Below are positions 31,494-35,803 of a stretch of 35,803 bases of DNA, piece by piece; positions within the stretch are counted from its first letter, which is position 1; every line of letters begins with the position of its first letter. Source of the DNA: Rhizaria sp. SCN 62-66 (Eukaryota); contig MEDY01000314.1 of the NCBI GenBank assembly GCA_001724265.1, positions 1-35,803 on the forward strand, given 5' to 3'. Below the pieces are notes generated by a model. The model had not been told where the DNA came from and did no database searches. It saw only the letters and a program-made list of their open reading frames with translations. The translations under genes and the position numbers were made by a program.

Positions 31494-34400
31494 TCATTCG
31501 GACCCGTGCCTCTTGGTTGCAGGCCCATACTGCTGCTGCTGTTGCGAGTGCTGCTGCGAGGGCAACGGCGACCGCACCCGATAGCCTCCTGCAGCCCTCG
31601 CACTGGCCAGGGGACCAGCGCCACTGCCGCGCCGCTGTTGCTGGTACTGCTGCAGCATCTGTTGCTGGAGCTGCTTCTGGAGCTGTTGTTGCCCCACGGC
31701 AAGCGCGAGCTGCTCCTGCCGCAGCTGCTCGCTGCGCTGGTGGTCCTGCCGGTCGGCCAGGTAGCCCTGCAGTGCGCGCAGCTTGAGGTCCAGGTTCAGC
31801 CGCGCGGCGAGCGGCGCGGGGGGCTCCGCCGCGGCCGCCACCGCGCGCACGACGTCGTTCGCGCCGCTCAGCTCCAGGGCGCGCGCGCGCAGCAGCGCCG
31901 CCTCCCACCGGCCCGAGCCGCGCGCAGTGCTCGCCCGCGCGCGCGCACTGGCAGCGGCACCGACAAGAGCTGTGGCGTCGTTGCTTTCGGCGTTCGCGTC
32001 AGCGCTGTAGGCAGCCGCCTCGGCCTCGGAGGCAGCCACGGCGCGAGCGCGCTGCGTCAACGGGCTGGGAGGCGGGCGCGCTGCCTGTTGCTGTCCCTGC
32101 ATCTGCTGCTGCTGTTGCTGCTTCTGTTGCTGCTGCAGGTGCAGATACAGGAACTGTGCGGAGACAGAGCCCGTGCCGTCGTCGTCATCGTCGTCATCCT
32201 CGTCTTCATCTTCCTCTTCCTCGTCGTAGAACAGCCCCTGTCCGTCGTCGCTCTTGCCCTTAGCGCCCTCGATTGCGACCGTGCCGGCGCCACGCGCCGC
32301 GCCCTGGCGCTTGAAGCGGCGCAGGTAGTCGTTGTCGCCGCCGCGCGCCAACCGCACGCGCCGCCGCGCGCGCCGCCGCACGATCTGCTGCTGTCGCCGC
32401 GCGTACTCGAGCTCGGCCTCCGCAGCCGCCTTGGCCTCCGCCGCAGCGGTCGCCGAGGTCGGGGTCAGAGGCGGACGAGGCTCAGTCTCACTATCATCGT
32501 CGTCGTCGTGGTCATCGACATTGGCGTTATCCTCGCCGTTGTCTTTGTTGATGATAGCCCGGGACTTGGCGATGCCGTTGTCGTCATCGCTTGTCGCGGC
32601 CTCTGCATCCATGTAGCAGTAGTCGCTCTCGCAAGCAGCGCCCTGTGACACCTGCGAGTGCGAGCCTGTGCCTGGAACTCTGACCGTGAGTGCGGCGGCG
32701 GCCTCAAACGCGCACGGGCACTCGCACTCGCACCCGGCGGCGCGCGCGCGCTCCCTCGCGCCAGCAGCGCCGGTGCTGGCGTTACTCGCGTCGGCTATGC
32801 CGCTCGCCTTGACCTGAGCCACGTCGGGCAGCGGGCAGCGTCGGCGCGCGCAGGCCGCGCAGGGGCAGACGCAGCGGCAGCGCGCGCGCGCGGCGCGGGC
32901 ACGGGCCTGCCGCGTGGCCACGCCGACTATGGCCAGCGCCGAGTCCGCGGCGGCGCCTTCGCGCCGCGCCGCCGCGCCCGCCTCGGCCCACAGCTCGAAG
33001 GCGCGCCGCCCGCCCGACAACCGGGCGGCCAGGAACGGCGCCGCGCTGCCGCCGCCGCAGCCCGTGGATGCCGCGGAGGACGCGAAGGACGACGATTGGC
33101 CGGTCTGTGCGGCGGCGAGCGCGGCCGCAGCGGCGGTGGAGGCGGCCGAGGCGGCCGAGGCGGCGGCGGCGGCGCGAGCGACGTCCTTGGCGAGCCTGGC
33201 GCGCGCGCGCTCGTCGCGGGCGTGGACGAGCGCAAGCGCCTCGGCGGCCGGCAGCGAGCGCGTGCCCGCCACGGCCCCGAAGGCGCCCAGCGGCACGCCC
33301 AGGTGCACGCTCGCGGGCGCCACGCCCGCGGCGCCGCGCGCCGAGAGCGGCGGGGAGGCGAAGGCCGCGGCGGGCGCGCGCAGCGCCGCGTCGGGGGCGA
33401 AGGAGCGCGTGAGGCGCGGCACCGGCGGCGCAGGCGCGTGGAAGACGTAGGGCTGCTCGGCGCAGTGCCAGGCGCCCACCGCGGAGCAGTCGGGGCAGCG
33501 CACGCCGGCCTTGTCCGCCTCGCGCGCCAGCGCCTCCTGTTAAGATGGGGGTGGTTCACAAAATTATATTCGGTGAGATAATATCATTAGCGCAATTTGA
33601 TAGATAAATAAATGTTAGAAGATGGAATACATCAATAGAAGAAAGAAATATACACAATTCACTCAAATGTGGCGTACCAGTGGCGTCATGTTGAGTGGGG
33701 TGCGCGCGCTGCCGACCTGTGCAGCGAAGGCGGTGAGGCCGAAGCCCCCGCTGAGCAGCCGCGCCAGCCGCGCCTCGTCCGCGCGCGTCGCGGGCAGGCC
33801 TACCGCCGCACGCCGCCCCGCGCCCGCGCCGGCGCCAGCCCCGGCGCTGGCCTTGCGCCCACGCCTGCCGCGGCCTTTGCCTCTGCCGCTGCGGCCGCCG
33901 CCCCCGCCGCCACCGTGCCCACGCACCTCGCCGCCCTCGTGGTCGTCGTCGTCGTCCTCGCTGCCGTCGTCGTCGCCGGCGCCGCCCCAGGCCGCGGTAA
34001 CGGGCGCCGCCGCGGCCGCCTCGCCCCGCGCCGCGGCGCCGGGACCCGTGGCGGCGGCGCGGGGGACGCCCGCCTCAACCCGCCGTGCCAGCAGGGCCTC
34101 GCGCACCAAGTTAGGCCGCGCGTGCAAGGACTCGGGCAGCGGCGGCAGCAGGCTGAGCGCGCGCGCGCCGCCGGAAATGCCCTCGTTGCTGAGCGCCTCT
34201 TTGACGGCGGCTGCGAGCGCGCCGAGGCGCCAGCCGCGGCCGCGCAGTCCGCCGCTGCCGCCGCCTCTGCCGCCGGCCTGGCTCTGGTCTTGCGCCTGGC
34301 CCTGCCCGTCGCCGCCCTCGCCGTCGCCGCCGTTGCCGTCCCCGTCGCCGCCATCCTCGCCGCTGCCGCCGTTGCTGTTGTTGCCAAAGCCTCTGCTGCC

Positions 34401-35803
34401 CTGCTGTTCGCCGTCAATGTCGTCGTCGTCGCCGTCGCCACCCGCGCCGCCGCCCGCCGCGGCCTCAGTCGTGGCGGCCGCCGCCTCTGCCGCGGCGACG
34501 GCCTCTCTGTATGCGCGCTCGCCCAGGCGCGCGCAGTCGGCCTCGGCCAGCGCAAGCGTCTGCGCCATGGCGCCCGCCAGCCAGCGCGCGAGCGGGCCGC
34601 GGAGCCCCAGCGCGCTGGGCGTCGCGCCCGCGCGGTACAGCGTGTCCAGCGCCGCGCCCGTCGACGGCGCGCGCGCCGCGCGGTGCAGCAGCGCCACAAC
34701 GCGGGCCAGCGCGCGCGCGGGCACACGCCGGAAGCAGCGCAGGCAGCTCACAGCGGGCGCGCGCGAGCGCGGCGACGGCGGTCGCAGCTGCAGCAGCACC
34801 GCGGACGCGGGCAGCGGCGCACCGTCGGCCGCCCCGGCGCCAGCGGCAACGCCCGAGCTGGAAGTAGCGGCAAGCTCAGTGGTGGAGTTCGCAGTGTTTG
34901 CAGAGCTGTTGCCGCTGCCTGCGCTGTGAGCGCTGCCGCCGCTGTCGCCGGGCGCGGCGGGCGGCGGTGCCGTGAGCAGCAGCGCCGCCAGCACCGCCGA
35001 CGCGCCCTTAACACCGCCGCCGCCGCCGGCAGCGCTGGCGGCGACGGCGTGCGCCCCCGGCCGCGTCACAGGCACCTCGCGCATCGCGCTCCGCAGCGCG
35101 GCGGCCTCGGCGGCGGCGGCGGCGGCGGCGGCAGCCTTGTCGGCGGCACGCGCGGCGGCCCTCGCGGCGGCGCGCGCGGCGGCCTTGGCCGACACAGGGC
35201 TCAGCGTGGGCTCTTGCTCTTGTGCCAACTCCGCCGCTGCTGCTGCCGCTGATGCCGCTGTTGCTGCTGTGGACTCTGTCGCGACCGAGGCGGCTGCGGG
35301 CGAGGGCGCGGGGAAAAAGAACACCCTCTTGCCCGCTCCAAAGCGTCTCTGGGCAGCGGCGCCCGCAGCCGTGACCGTGGGCGCACCTGTGGCAGCGGTG
35401 GCGGCGTTCGTCATGGTGGCCAGTCGGAAGCCTGAGGGTGACGCCAATTCTTGCTGCTGTTGCTGCTCAGAGCCATGCTGATGCTGCTGTTGGTGGTGCA
35501 GCGGTGACTGGGCGCGTGCTGTCCCCTGCGGCCTCCACTGCGGCCGCGACGGCGACTGCGCCTCCGACGGGGACTGCGTCGCCGAGCTCTGCTGCTGCTG
35601 CTGCGACGGCGGCTTGCGGGCGAGCGCGCCCCCGCTGCTCGCCGCGGCCGCTACAGCCGCCGCAGCCGCGCGCGGGGACGACCAGGGCGCCGCCGCGGCC
35701 GCCAGCGCCGCCACGGCCGCGGACACCGGCACCGGCACAGGCGCGGCGGCCGCGGCGGCGGCGGGCGACTGCGCCCGGTGCGGGTGCAGGTGCGCGTGCA
35801 GCA
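31494..35803 (-). CDS. Hypothetical low-complexity protein with Cys clusters, C-terminal part (5' end outside the window); exons >35803-33678 and 33536-31494
   Basis: ORFs 33663..35738 and 31494..33503 are joined in frame by an intron (NMTPL|EALAREAD). Contains poly-Q and acidic tracts plus CLRC, CPDC-x6-HC, CRCVCPCAAC and CECECPC motifs. Ends in TGA. Confidence 0.78.
33537..33677 (-). other. Spliceosomal intron (141 nt)
   Basis: GTACGC...ccccatcttaaCAG on the minus strand, AT-rich, phase 0. Confidence 0.88.

Noticed and set aside
1-35803. The many long overlapping and antisense ORFs in the track (e.g. 4898..6088 -, 15061..16056 -, 27306..28925 -, 33669..35252 +)
   Set aside because: These are shadow ORFs expected from very high GC and third-position bias. 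They overlap well-supported genes and give Arg/Pro-rich translations with no recognisable motifs.
1-35803. Prokaryotic interpretation (operons, CRISPR, defence or phage systems)
   Set aside because: GT-AG introns restore conserved motifs, and Nup54 and AAGAB are eukaryote-specific. No repeat-spacer array, transposase or integrase was seen.

Overview
This is eukaryotic nuclear DNA, probably from a protist, and not a prokaryotic region. It is gene-dense, with very GC-rich, Ala-rich exons separated by short AT-rich spliceosomal introns (124-253 nt) and short intergenic spacers. There are about 11 protein-coding genes plus one decayed ORF. The recognisable genes are AAGAB/p34, the methylcrotonyl-CoA carboxylase beta subunit, sphingosine-1-phosphate lyase and nucleoporin Nup54. 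Less certain calls are an AKAP14(AKAP28)-like/EF-hand protein and a ~3,400-aa PPR-like protein with a mitochondrial-type N-terminus. The main unusual signal is a probable non-standard nuclear genetic code. Three in-frame TAG codons (11831-11833 on -, 20905-20907 and 21319-21321 on +) sit inside uninterrupted coding sequence, while all nine complete gene ends use TAA or TGA and none uses TAG. This points to UAG alone being read as an amino acid (Gln favoured, Leu possible) with UAA still a stop. All nine intron donors have CG at +4/+5 (consensus GTACGT). All family assignments come from motif recognition by eye, not database searches.
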